The notes beneath the pieces were generated by a model. The model was not told the origin of the DNA and searched no databases. It saw only the letters and a list, made by a program, of their open reading frames with translations. Below are positions 1 through 12,648 of a DNA stretch of 56,534 nt, piece by piece. The DNA lies in assembly GCF_001194135.2 (NCBI RefSeq), contig NC_069010.1, forward strand, positions 414,388 to 470,921, read 5' to 3'. Position 1 is the first letter of the stretch; every line of letters starts with the position of its first letter. The stretch comes from Octopus bimaculoides (taxonomy: Eukaryota). The position numbers and the translations under genes are program-made.

Positions 1-355
1 TGACAACGTTTCTCTAAAAGAAATGGAAAAACTTTCAAAATACAAAGACCTGGAAATAGAGATAACTCGAATGTGGAATCTAAAAACAGAAACAATTCCT
101 ATCATAGTAGGTGCCTTAGGTATAATAAAAAAATATTCAGACAAATACATAACAAAAACACCAGGACTTACAAATATATATAACATACAGAAAATTGCAC
201 TACTGGGTACTGCACACATTCTACGCAAAACACTTTCAATACAGTAAACATAAGAGCACCACAGCAAACCACAGCACATACCCAAGGCGCTCGGTAGTGA
301 AGTGAAAGCACGTTATAAAAATAAAACTACTGAATAATAATAATAATAATAATAA
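1..355 (+). mobile_element. 3' end of R4/Dong-like RLE non-LTR retrotransposon (family A) with (AAT)n tail
   Basis: ORF 23-247 KLSKYKDLEIEITRMWNLKTETIPIIVGALG...IQKIALLGTAHILRK matches the C-terminal restriction-like endonuclease region of R4-clade LINEs. It is followed by a short 3' UTR and AAT repeats, and is near-identical to the copies at 20098 and 53750. Confidence 0.8.
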
Positions 356-424
356 ATATCCTGATGCAGTATCAAGCAGTGGCTGGTGCTGCATAGGGAG
401 ACCATTAGTCAGTGCTTGATCTGT

Positions 425-700
425 ACTTATTTTATCGACCCCGAAATGATAAAAGCCGAAGTCGACCACGGTAGGATCTGAATTCAGAACATCAAGGCGG
501 AAGAAATACAGCGAAGCATTTCGTCCTGCATGCTAACGACGAAATGCTTAACGATATTTTGTCTGCCGCCACGTTCTGCGTTCAAATTCTACCAAGGTCA
601 GTTTTGCTGTTCATCCTTTCGGGGTCGATGAAATAAGTACCAGTTGAACACTGGGGTCGAGCTAATCGATTCGTCCCCTCCCCTAAAATTCTTACCCTTG
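425..700. mobile_element. Head-to-head inverted pair of SINE fragments
   Basis: gtacttattttatcgaccccgaaa (424) is the reverse complement of tttcggggtcgatgaaataagtac (617). A central 12-bp inverted repeat reads aagcatttcgtc/gacgaaatgctt. Confidence 0.6.
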
Positions 701-798
701 AGGAAAAATTAGAATCCAATAATGATAACAATGGTTTCACATTTTGCTGAAAGGCCAGCAATTTAGTGGGGAGAAGATGAGTAACAATAATAATAATA

Positions 799-1345
799 TG
801 TCCTGGTGCAATACCAAGCACTGGCTCTCATAGCTCCTGATCTTAACTGATTGAAAATGTTATCTTGTACATGCTTTCTATTGGTATGAAAAGACGGGCT
901 ACAGCAAATATTCTGTCCAATTACACAGATTCGCTTGTCACTTGTTTGACCATAACCAATTGAGCATCACCTTGTTGGCGGAAGATATGTGCATCTCTGA
1001 TCACGAGCAGAAGTAGTTGGGAAACATCATAACCATGTGTTGAGAGGATTTCTTTGAAAAATTCACCTCTGAAAACATGGCTATTTCGCTCATCATCCTT
1101 AAACAAACCTTATTCAGGGACCTTTAAAGCAGGATGGGCTACTCAACCTGAAGAAAATTCAAACTGGTCCCTACCTACAAGGTTAGTCACAATTTATTTT
1201 GATACGAGATCACCATCTCACGCATATATCGTTGTGATGCATGTGCCTGGTATATCCTCTTCAGACATGTAGTCGTGATGGGTATACTGGACTTCATATT
1301 TTTGTACGCCACTATCATTTTCATGGCATGGCAGCTCTCTCAGTC
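799..1345. mobile_element. ~550-bp non-coding interspersed element flanked by AAT repeats (copy 1)
   Basis: Colinear with copies at 3159, 18363 and 20479, with the same start (tgtcctggtgcaatacc) and end (ctctcagtc-aataat). Confidence 0.7.
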
Positions 1346-1721
1346 AATAATAATGAAAATAAAAGAATCATTTCTACAGACTTGGAATTTAATCAGAAAT
1401 CACGCTACAACTGTTCATGTCACTATATTTGACCTGGTGAGTATTATAGGCTCTGGGTAAATCACTGTACTGGGTCATGTCGTGTGCATCTATTGAGAGT
1501 ACCTACAGCGTGCATAGATACATAGGTCAAGACAAGGTCCCTAGCCCCAAGAAGTTCTCTGACAACAGATAATTGACATGATGCGTCTTTCCGCCTCACT
1601 TTCAAGAAATTGGATTTATTTTCAAAATTTACTTTCAAATGTGGTAGATAACGATTATATCAAGTGAACGTCTGGCGATTATATATCTGTATCTCTATAT
1701 CTATATAAATATCTATTAAGA

Positions 1722-1774
<53 letters not shown>

Positions 1775-1783
<9 letters not shown>

Positions 1784-1975
1784 ATGCGTGTCTTTGTGTC
1801 TGTGCTTGTCTCCCACCACCGCTTGACAACTGGTATTAGTGCGTTTGTGTCCCCTGTAATTTAGCGGTTCCGCAAATGAACCAACAGAATGTCCTTAAGT
1901 CGATTTGTTTGCGTAAAGAACTTTAAAGGCGGTGGCCTAGCATGACCGCGGTCAAATTTAAAAAATGATCTTACA
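1775..1975 (+). mobile_element. SINE 3' half
   Basis: accaccgcttgacaactggtattagtgcgtttgtgtccc...ttagcggttcc...aaaggcggtg...gcatgaccgcggtcaaat matches the 3' half of the SINE at 27135-27544. Confidence 0.6.
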
Positions 1976-2779
1976 TTATCATGTATTTTTGTGATTTTGA
2001 TGATGTGACTGTTACCTTTTAAAATGACTTTGCATGGTGATTGTGAGAGGGCTGATCTGGTCAGTTTCAACACCAAATAGGGAGAATATTTGGGTCTAAC
2101 CTGGCCAGTTTTAATGCTGAAGGGTTAACGGAAAGTTACTGGAGTAAAAGTAAATGTAAAAAAGTACATTTACGTAATTTGGGGACACAGGCTTATGAGG
2201 CCTTTACGGTAGAGACCCCTTTTACCCCAAGTTAAATGCTGTTGAGGTGGCTAGACAATTGTCAATAAATTCCGATATAATATAATTAAAACAGTAACTT
2301 ACCCAAGATGTGGTTTCGCCTTTCTTTGTAATAGTGAGTGAGTGTTTATATATATAGATAGATAGATATAAATATGGGTCTGTATTTCTAATTCCAAAAA
2401 TGCGAAATGACAAGTTTGAATTAGCAGTTAAAGACGATAGGCGGTGGTTTTGAAAGTGTTAAAATGAGAGTGGTAGAGAGGAAGTGGAAGAAAGAGAGAG
2501 CGAGATGGAAAGAAGAGAGGAAGGGCTTTGTGTGTGTTTGTGTGTGTATATGTGTGTGATGCAATTAGATACATAACTCTGCTTTGGCATTTCTTTAATA
2601 TAAAACTGGAGTGAATATCACATTAACGATTATATTAAATGACAATTTAACTGTAAAGCAGTGAGTGAAAAGATTAGCCGGAAAAAAATTCAAAATAATA
2701 ATAATAATAATGGTTTCAAATTTTGCCATAAGGTCAGCAATTTAGGGGTGGGGCTGAGTCGATTACATCAGACCTAATG

Positions 2780-3060
2780 TTTTTCTGGTACTTATTTCAT
2801 CGACCCCGAAATGATGGAAGTCAACCTGGGTGGGATTTGACTTCAGAACATTGCGGACAAAATACAGCAAACTATTTCGTCCAGCATGCTAACGACGAAA
2901 TGCTTCGATGTATTTCGTCTGTTGCTAACGATCTGAGTTCAAATTCCAACAAAGTAAACTTCGCTTTTCATCTTTTCGAAGTCGATAAAGTAAGTACCAG
3001 TTGAACAATGGGGTCGAATTAATCGAATCATCACCTCCTTCAAAATTTCTGTCCTTCTTG
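2780..3060. mobile_element. Second inverted SINE pair, a paralog of 425-700
   Basis: Same arms and the same central catgctaacgacgaaatgctt motif. Confidence 0.55.
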
Positions 3061-3158
3061 CAAAATTTTAAAGTAATAATAATAATGGTTTCACATTTTG
3101 CTAAAAGGCAACAATTTTAGCGGCGTGGGGAAGAGTAATAATAATAATAATAATAATA

Positions 3159-3520
3159 TGCCCCCTGATGCAATACCAGGCACTGGCTCTCATGGCTTCT
3201 GATTTTAACTGATTGAAAGCATTATCTTTTACATGCTTCGTCTTGGTATGAAAAGATGGACTACATCAAATCTTCTGCGCAATCCCACAGATTCGCTTGT
3301 CATCAGTTGTTTGACATTAACCAGTTGAACACGTCCTTAGTGGCGGAAGATATGTGCATCTCTAATCACGAGCAGGAGTAGTAGGGGAACACTATAGCCA
3401 TGTGTTGAGCGGAATTCTTTGTGTTTGACTAATTCACCTCTGGAAACATGGCTGTTTCGCTCATCATTCTTAAACAAACCTTAGTCAGGGACCCATCGAG
3501 AAGGCTGGGCTACTCAACCA
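3159..3520. mobile_element. AAT-flanked element, copy 2 (truncated on the right)
   Basis: Colinear with 799-1170 and starts at the same point after an AAT tract. Confidence 0.65.
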
Positions 3521-4890
3521 GACACTAACTATAACGTACATAGGTCAAAACAAGGTCCCTAGATCCGAAAAGTTCCCGGACAACGGGTCAATATGCCCAT
3601 GCCTTAAGGCGGAATTGGGTGAGAGTTCTGATAATTGACATGATACAGCTTTCTTCCTAATTCTCAAACAGATATACTTTTTTGAATTTACACTCACATG
3701 GGGTAGATAAAGATTGCATCAAAGGAAATTCTGGTAATTATATATATGTATTTATACATCTACATCTATTTAGATGTGTGTGTGTGTGCGCGTATTTTTG
3801 GGGGTGTGTATGTGTGTGCGTGCGTGTATCTTTGTGTCTGTATTTGTCACCTACCACCGCTTGACAACCGGTATTAATGTGTTTATGTCCCTTTAAAATG
3901 GCGTCTTGGTAAACGACACCAAGAGAATAAGTACTAGGGATTAAAAAATGGCTTTGGGTCGATGTGTTTGGGTAAAACCCTTAAAGGCGATGCCCAAGCA
4001 TTGATACAGTCAACTGACAAAAGTAATCATACATTATCTTATGGCTTGGAGGTTTTGATGATGTTAGTGTTTCCTTTTAGAATGACTTTGCATGGTGGTT
4101 GGGAAAGGCCTGATCTGGTCAGTTTCTACACAAAGCAGGGAGAATGTTTTGTGTCTGACTTGGCCATTTTCAATGCGAAAGTGTTCACTGAAAGTTACTG
4201 AAGTAAAATAAAAGAAAAAAGGAACATTTCAGGTGATTTGGAGACACAAACTTATGAGGCCTTAACAGCAGAAATCCCTTTTATCCCATCCTAAATGTTG
4301 GCGAGATGGATGGACAATGGTCAATATATGACCGATATAACATAATTAAATACACGTAACTTGGATGTCCACTTAGTGGTCATCCTTTTTATATGTATGT
4401 AATATAAGTTTTCTGAATCTTCAGATATTTTAAATATGCTAGGCCACTGGTTTTAAATTGATATTAATCAAATTAATATTAAATTTTTCACCCTTATTTA
4501 AATTATATCTATATATAATTACATATATATACATATATATATACTTATACATCACATATCTATACACACATACACACAAACACACACACNNNNNNNNNNN
4601 NNNNNNNNNNNNNNNNNNNNNNNNNNNNNNNNNNNNNNNNNNNNNNNNNNNNNNNNNNNNNNNNNNNNNNNNNNNNNNNNNNNNNNNNNNNNNNNNNNNN
4701 NNNNNNNNNNNNNNNNNNNNNNNNNNNNNNNNNNNNNNNNNNNNNNNNNNNNNNNNNNNNNNNNNNNNNNNNNNNNNNNNNNNNNNNNNNNNNNNNNNNN
4801 NNNNNNNNNNNNNNNNNNNNNNNNNNNNNNNNNNNNNNNNNNNNNNNNNNNNNNNNNNNNNNNNNNNNNNNNNNNNNNNNNNNNNNNNNN

Positions 4891-4913
4891 ACAACAACAA
4901 CAACAACAACAAC

Positions 4914-4975
<62 letters not shown>

Positions 4976-5203
4976 TAATAATGATAATAATAATAATAAT
5001 TATAATAATAATAATGATGATAATAATAATAATGTTTATTATTATTATTATTATTTATTAGTTTTGTCATTATTATTATTATTACTATTATTATTATTAT
5101 TATTATTATTATAATTATTATTATTAATATTATTTTTGTTGTTATTATTATTATTATTATTATTATTAGTTTTGTTGTTATTATTATTATTAGTAGTAGT
5201 AGT

Positions 5204-5239
<36 letters not shown>

Positions 5240-5255
5240 CTTAGTTTTGTTGTTG

Positions 5256-5310
<55 letters not shown>

Positions 5311-5325
5311 CATTATCATTTGCCA
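4891..5325. repeat. (AAC/AAT)n followed by (ATT)n microsatellite
   Basis: Direct reading. The strand polarity flips near 5034. Confidence 0.9.
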
Positions 5326-5479
5326 ATAGGGCCAGCTTATAGGGTAGGATACAGTAGTCATGGACAGTGGGGATTTTACATAGAGATAACGAGTACACAA
5401 TTAAAAGAATAACAATGATATCCAACAAAAGAATACAACAATGAAAATTCGTAATAGGGGCAGTTAACCACCAATCCTG

Positions 5480-6430
5480 AACCAATCGACGCTTTGGGGG
5501 TATCTGGGAAGAGCACTCTTCTCCCTCTCATATTCACTAGCCCATAGACGCATTGTTAGAGTAGGTCCACTCACACGTACCATTTTCGCTATTCACCCAC
5601 CTTTTAGCAAATGTACTGGGAGGCAGCACTTCACTCTCCACCCTCATCTTCCTTTCCAAGAAAAAGTTGTTGAGTGATTGGCCGTGGAGAAAAAGTCTCT
5701 GCCTTCAGTCCTTTTAACCTGGTCCACAATACAGCCTTTTCGCAATTGCTATCAGCCAGAAGTAAATTGCCTGACCTACCGGACTGATGGAAAGCGGCTG
5801 ATCGAGCTTCACTATGGACTCGGCCGATAAACAGATCCACCCTACACGCGATAACAGCTGTTCAACATAACTCCAGTAATGCAAGGACACTGGACGAGTG
5901 CGTGCAGAGCAATTTCGTCGCTCTGCGCACATCTCGGGCAGGTCGGTCTGACAGAACTTCCGTGCCTGTAGAGTTAATCTCGAACCGGCAGTGCTCCCCG
6001 GTAGCACTGCTAAGCAAGGGATTTCTAGAAGTTATTCATCGTCCCCGGCTTGAAAGTCCTCCTGAACAGACTGGTTAATTCAATTTCGTCAACGCTTAGC
6101 GTCTCTCCAAGTACGTCATCGCACTTTCCCTCCACTAAGCCTCTATAGAACTCAAGAGTGGATTTTCCACTAATCGTATTGTCCACCTGGTATAGGACAG
6201 TGAGTGCTTGGCAACATTCCAGATGCCAGTCACCCTTCCTCGGTCTCTTCTTGACCCAGGACTGCAGCTCAGTCAAGGAGATGAGCTGTGGAAAAGCCTG
6301 TTTGACAAACGATGACCACACCAGTTCACCATTTAGGCAGAATATTTTGAGATGCCGCAGCCCCAGCGCAGGTCTGCGCATCATTAGCCACAGCATGCCC
6401 AGTCCTCCGAAAACCGGAAAACGAAAGCAC
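5480..6430 (-). mobile_element. Degenerate L1/Tx1-clade LINE 3' region
   Basis: The minus-strand frame reads KSLA*QCYRGALPVRD*LYRHG...TCPRCAQSDEIALHALVQCP, a zf-RVT-type CCHC motif typical of L1/Tx1 ORF2 C-termini, with stops and frameshifts. Confidence 0.65.
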
Positions 6431-7273
6431 AAAAACGAAAATGTAAAAAGTGAAAAATAAGAAAAAAGTAATAAGACTTCTCCTCGTTAGACCTTGAATT
6501 ATAAAAGGCTAAAATGATATCAAAAAGTTAATCAAGAACAGACGGAATTTTCCAGTTCTTTAAAATATATTTATACATATGCTTGCAACCACTGAATTTC
6601 TGACCTAGAGTCCATTAGAGAATTAAGCATCTTAGATCTGAACAGGATATGCACGCCTTCAGCTAAACAAAGCTTATATTCATTCCATCCATTGACATAT
6701 GTTATTGATTCTCAGTTACTTCCCATCCAATCGCATGTGGTGTTTCGTTACCTTCGAAAGTCCATACGCAGCTAGCCAGTTTAGTAGCTTTACTTTTGTC
6801 CTATGTCGGAAGGGGATTATGTGATTGGCATGACAACTTTTAAATTCACCTTAAATAAGCAAAAGTATAAAAGAATAAAAGAATATGTGTGTGTGTACAT
6901 GCATACAAAAATACACACACATACTCACGGATATATACATAAACACACACACACATATAGGCGTATGGATTATTGTTTCGGTGAGTTGTGTCCGCGAGAA
7001 AGACACTTCCAGTGCACTCGTCTGAAAAGCGCCAGCAACAACCAGGGGTTAGCCTTGCGTTAGACTGGTATCCCGTTCAGTCGGGTGTGTTGTATCTTTG
7101 TGTGTTGAAATACATTGGATACCGAGATATACTGGGTGCCTAAAGATCCTGTAGATCAGGTAGAGAATTTAACTTAGAAAATACTTTAATGTAGACATTC
7201 ACGCATGCACACTCAAGTGTTTGTGTAACGTTTATGGAATGAAACTTGACATAAATATGACAAAAAAGAAATA

Positions 7274-7814
7274 CCGTATTTTCCGGTGTATAAGCCGCTG
7301 GTTTTTACCTGGGAAATTTAGTGTACCGCTTAGAGAAAGGTGTGCCTAATGTGTGTATTTTTTTATAAGTTCCAGGAGGAAAATAGTTCGTATTTGGAAA
7401 TCGAATGATTTCACTGATTTTTTCAGAGGAAAGGTCGGTCGGTGAGCAACGGGAAAGACTATTGCTACAGTTCATTGGTGCCTGGAAGAAAACAAAGCAT
7501 ATTTGTTTTGTTTTACCTTCATGTTTTGATAATGTTATTTTTTTATTTAATAAAGAATTAAATATTGACGGAATGTGTTTGTTGCTGATTATAGTAAGAT
7601 AAAATCATAACAACAACAATACATCTCATAGTTGTAAAATAAGGCATTTTGGAACTACATACACGTCAACAACAAAACAAGCTAGCCGCGGACTTGTGGT
7701 TCCATAAGTCTTTTAAACACCGGTGCGCTTTATGTGTGGATAAAACCAAAGTTTTCCCCGAAATTCGACCCAGCGGATTCAATACCGTTCCGTTTTATAG
7801 ACAGGAAAATACGG
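7274..7814. mobile_element. Tc1/mariner-superfamily (Tc2-like) MITE
   Basis: Terminal inverted repeats (TIRs) ccgtattttccggtgtataa and ttatagacaggaaaatacgg, with TA on both flanks and no ORF. Confidence 0.7.
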
Positions 7815-9132
7815 TACTTAGTTCCTTGACTGGATTGTAGCTGTTGTGAAATGTTCATTACTGGATTAAGTTCATTGCTGGATTAATGACAGTTGAAAGA
7901 TCTGATAACGCGAATTAGATAAATAATTATGAGTCTAATCACCTAGAAAAATCTTGAACATTTTCAACTTTTTAGTGTAATGTTTAAAATAACTGATAAA
8001 ATCAGTCTCTCCAGGCGGTATTTGAACTTAGACTGCAGTATTTCAGTACATCATCAATAAAACAAAGATAGCAACAAGTCAGATTAAATCCTTTATTTAA
8101 CAAATTTAAAGCTTACATTGATAACATTAAATTGGAAATAGGAAAGAATATCAATATAGCATCAAATCAAATAAAAATAAAAAGTTATCGGAGGGGGCGT
8201 TGCATACCCTACACGCAGATAATTATTTTCGTAAATTATAATGTGACTTACGATGCCTTATTTGCCCAAGCTTTTAGATTGTACTGAATTAAGCTTTGTA
8301 AGTGTTTGACTGAAAGAGTATTAGAAGCGATTCATATTTTGAAAAAAAGAAGAGAAAGTGAGCAAAATAATATGACCACTTGCATATCCGGAAATTTGTA
8401 AGTTCGACTTATTTTAAGTTGTTTTTAAGTATCAACATTATAGGTAATTATATTCCGCGAAATCAAGAAATCAAGAAATCAAGTCGTAAATAAACGTAAA
8501 ACTCGAATCCATCATTGTACACACACACGGCACACGCACACACACACACACATACACACTCAGATTCGCATATCTATGTTTGCATATATGTATGTATATA
8601 CCCACAAATATCTCGGCACATACGTACACCATGATCTATACACACGCAGAGGAGAGTCGATTCATATGGAAAAGGAAGTGAACTAAATAATATGACCGAT
8701 TGCTTATCCGGAAATTAGTAAGTTCGATTTGTTCTTAAAGATAATCAAACCAGATGTTCATCATTTCGAGCCACTCACACAATGGTTATTTCTGCCAAAC
8801 GTGATAAAAATCAGTTCAGCCGCTTTCCAGTAATTTTGCGAAAACAACAGACAAAGACAAGTGATTAGAATACCTTGCTTTCGCTTACATAACAGCACGG
8901 TAACAGCATTTTCTATTTTCCTCTGTTTCAAGCAATAATGAGGCCCTGAAACGTGTCTAAATTACATTATTGCAGGTTATACAATGTCTCGGTTGCATAG
9001 TGTTGTATTGAAACGTACAAATATATTTTCTTGACAAGGAAATATATTTAATATTATATATGGAGAAAATATTATTGTATGGCGTAAAATACTATCTAAG
9101 ACAATTCTTGGAAGCACTTTTTCAGTTTTTAC

Positions 9133-9185
9133 TTATAAGTTGGTTTCTGCTATTCTATCCTCTATTTCATAACCAGAACTTGAAC
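9133..9185 (-). CDS. Candidate terminal exon of the LRR-Ly6 gene: (G)SSSGYEIEDRIAETNL*
   Basis: Strong acceptor ttttctcattttgtttccag|G, and phase 1 matches the donor at 12465. It is one of four candidate acceptors and has no transcript support. Confidence 0.3.
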
Positions 9186-10364
9186 CTGGAAACAAAATGA
9201 GAAAATCATATGAAATATTAAATTTGAAGCACATTAATTCCTGGACAGTATACTTTATATATTTATATATACAATGCCTGCAATTGCTATGAACTGTTTT
9301 TTTTTTCTATACGTAAAAAGATGTCTCTATAAAAACATTATGGATGAACAATGCAATTTATATTCAATACAATAGTTTTATAAACTAACGGTACCGAATA
9401 AGTTTGCAGGACTATTTTGAAAAATATTAGCAATTTTGGTTCGGGATTATTTTCTGGAAGGAATCACCATATTTATATTGTATAAAAGAATGGATTGTTT
9501 CATTCTATTCTGTTAAAGATGTGTATGGTTGTATGTAGATTTGAAAGTGTGCATATTAACATAGATCTACGAAAGGATGTATGTATATTTATGTATTCTA
9601 TACATGAATGTATATGTAGTAGTATGTACATTATTGCTGTAGGTTCATTTTTCATCTCTCCCTCTCTCTCTCCCTCTCTCTCTCCCTCTCTCTCTCTCTC
9701 TTTCACTCTTTCTCTCAGTATTTGGTTTGCAAGATTCTTGATGCGAACATGTATACCGAAACTGATTTTGTTGTACCTTAGGAGGATAATTACGAAAATA
9801 ACTAACACACACGCACTGGGTCAATACATGTGCATGTATGTATGCGTGCTACAGTTTGTAAACGAAAGAGAACTGTAATGAATACATGGTACAGAGTGTT
9901 TATTCCCACATCTATTGAAATTGAGGTTCGTTTTCATTGGTCAGTGCGTTTTAATAGATAGTTATTTGCTACAACAGTAGTATTATGTTTTGCCGTTCTA
10001 CCTCTTCTACGTCATTTGTAATTTTCAACTCCAATGTTTAATATTAAACAATTTTGACGTCTTCTCTTGGTAAAGATCTAATTTATCTTTTGGAGCAATT
10101 AATCTTTCTGATACAATATTAAATTTTTCGACGCGCATAGTCTTCATTTCCCTGAATAACCTACAAAAATGGATGGCATATTTATTATTTCCCTGGTTAT
10201 CTTCATGTTTATACCCTGAAAGGATTGCATTACATCTTTGTACATTTCAGACAGAAAATATTGCATTACACTGATGTACGTTTCAGATTAAACGTACATG
10301 CTTTGGGTACCTTTCTTTAAATGTTCTTCACGTTGCCATGTTGTAGCTTTTATATAAAAATCTA

Positions 10365-11600
10365 CAGGGGTTGGACAAAATAATGGAAACACCTAGCATC
10401 GTAGCATCATAATTTTGAAATATCTATAAAACCATCAAAAGCTTGTTTATTTTTATGTTTATTTTTATATATTATTGGTGTTGCTTAATATGTTTTGCTA
10501 AAATTGCTGTTACTTTTCAGATATTATCAGAAAAATGTAATTAAAATTCATTAAAGTGACAGATCTNNNNNNNNNNNNNNNNNNNNNNNNNNNNNNNNNN
10601 NNNNNNNNNNNNNNNNNNNNNNNNNNNNNNNNNNNNNNNNNNNNNNNNNNNNNNNNNNNNNNNNNNNNNNNNNNNNNNNNNNNNNNNNNNNNNNNNNNNN
10701 NNNNNNNNNNNNNNNNNNNNNNNNNNNNNNNNNNNNNNNNNNNNNNNNNNNNNNNNNNNNNNNNNNNNNNNNNNNNNNNNNNNNNNNNNNNNNNNNNNNN
10801 NNNNNNNNNNNNNNNNNNNNNGGAAGAAAACCAAAACTTTCAGATAGGGGCCCTCGGACTCTTACGCGAATTGTTAGAAAGGATCACAAAAGTACAGTTC
10901 CCAAAATTACTGCAGAGCTTAATGAACACACTGAGAACCCAATTTCCACAAAAACTGTTTGGCGAGAGCTGCACAAAGCCGGATTTCACGGGAGGGCCTC
11001 AATGGGAAAACCACTACTTTCAAAAAGAAAAACTGCAAAGCATTTAGAGTTGAGTAAAAGCCTACAGAATCGGTCCCTAGAGCAGTGGAAGAATGTTATT
11101 TTCTTGGACGAGTTATCCTTTACTTTAATTCGGACCACCGGACGAGTATGCGTGTGGAGAAAGCCAAACGAAGCATTTGATTCAGACTGCCTTCTTCCAA
11201 CTGTTAAACATGGAGGAACATCTGTGGTGATCTGGGGAGCTTTATCTTGGAAATCCGGCCCACTAGCGCCGGCCTACTGGTTTCCCGTCATGGTAGAATT
11301 AATAGTCAAGACTATTTAAGCATTTTATCTGATCAAATTCATCCTATGTTTGCGTATCTGTTTCCGGAGGGAAAATGCAATCTTTCAGGATGATAATGCA
11401 CCAATTCACACAGCTATAATGTAACTGAATGGCACGAGGAACATTCTAGTGAAGTTGAACATCTTACCTGGCCACCACAGTCTTGAGATCACAATATTAT
11501 TGAACATATATGGTCCATTTTCGAAAAACAAGTAAGGAGTCGATATCCTCCACCATCATCACTACAAGAACTGGAGACTGTTTTAGTTGAAGAATGGACA
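10365..11600 (+). mobile_element. Degenerate Tc1 (DD34E) transposon containing a gap
   Basis: TA followed by a left TIR caggggttggacaaaataatggaaacacct. Frames read KITAELN...TVWRELHKAGF, WKNVIFLDE, PTVKHGG.SVVIWG, FQDDNAPIH and WPPQS*DHNIIEHIW. No right TIR was seen. Confidence 0.85.
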
Positions 11601-12072
11601 ACATTTTTAGAGCTATATCCAAGGTTATAATGGTGCGGAGCTGAATGGGGCAATGATGGAAAGCGCTGGCCGTAGTGGATATGCATCCTCAGAATTCGTG
11701 AGAACTGCTGCCTTGATGGTAACTGCATTCAGTGCCAATGTTGAATGATACTATGGAGATGAATCTAAAATATATATTGGGTAACGGAACTATCATTCAA
11801 ACACCGATATTATAAACACAGACATTCATTTGTCTGTACCTGTAGAAAACGCGCCTCGGTTTTATCATGGTTTATATTATAGATAGAGTGGCAATCATAC
11901 AGGAACAGGAGTTTCAAATAGTAGATGCAGTATGACTTTTGAGCGAAAAATTATGAATTTTGTTTCAAATTGTTATAGTTGGAACACAGGAACGGAACAG
12001 TTAGTGCCTTGTATGCATGTAGCTAAGCATATTTTATGTAAAAATACCAGCCGTCTTCAATTTCATTCTTAT

Positions 12073-12134
12073 TCAGAAAATAATGTTGGATTCAAAATAA
12101 TTCATTAATATAGGTGCATGTGTAGATAATGGAC
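12073..12134 (-). CDS. Candidate terminal exon: (G)PLSTHAPILMNYFESNIIF*
   Basis: Nearest strong phase-1 acceptor (ttttacattcgttttag|GT) downstream of the Ly6 exon. Unconfirmed. Confidence 0.35.
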
Positions 12135-12187
12135 CTAAAACGAATGTAAAACCAATAAATATATACACGCGTAAAAACACACACACT

Positions 12188-12306
<119 letters not shown>

Positions 12307-12464
12307 TTATGCACTGCAGCAGGTGCATACATACATATACACACATACAGACGCGTATACATACATCAAAATATCTTCCCTTATATTAACTACTATGCAA
12401 TGTTCTTAACTATTAATTTGTGATAAACCTGGTGGTGTTATATTAGGCAATAGATAACACTTAC

Positions 12465-12648
12465 CAATGAACTCATTCTCGTTACATAAGTTCCCGACGC
12501 AACAACCAACACAAGAAATGCCACTGGTCCATTTAGTGCATGTAAAGATATTGTCTACCATAGCTTGAACACATTTCCTGTATGTGCTGCAGGACTTTTC
12601 AGTCTTCAAAGTAACACCGTTCGTTGATAATGCGAACCGGCATACAGG
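12465..12648 (-). CDS. Ly6/uPAR-like three-finger domain exon 2 (phase 0-1, 184 nt)
   Basis: tattacag|PVCRFALSTNGVTLKTEKSCSTYRKCVQAMVDNIFTCTKWTSGISCVGCCVGNLCNENEFI-G|gtaagt. It contains the CCxxxLCN terminal motif. Confidence 0.85.

Noticed and set aside
3160-3182. 12-nt match (CCTGGTATTGCA, minus strand) to U2 snRNA at the end of the 555-bp element
   Set aside because: It is too short, is not conserved in all copies, and does not extend.
4439-5485. Long ORFs of poly-L/N/I/Y, and similar poly-E/K/S/F ORFs across 26000-53400
   Set aside because: These are translations of microsatellites or read-through of N-gaps, with no protein-like content.
11930-12070. EDGWYFY...LCS peptide reminiscent of a C-type lectin start
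   Set aside because: It is out of frame with the 12134 acceptor and interrupted by stops.
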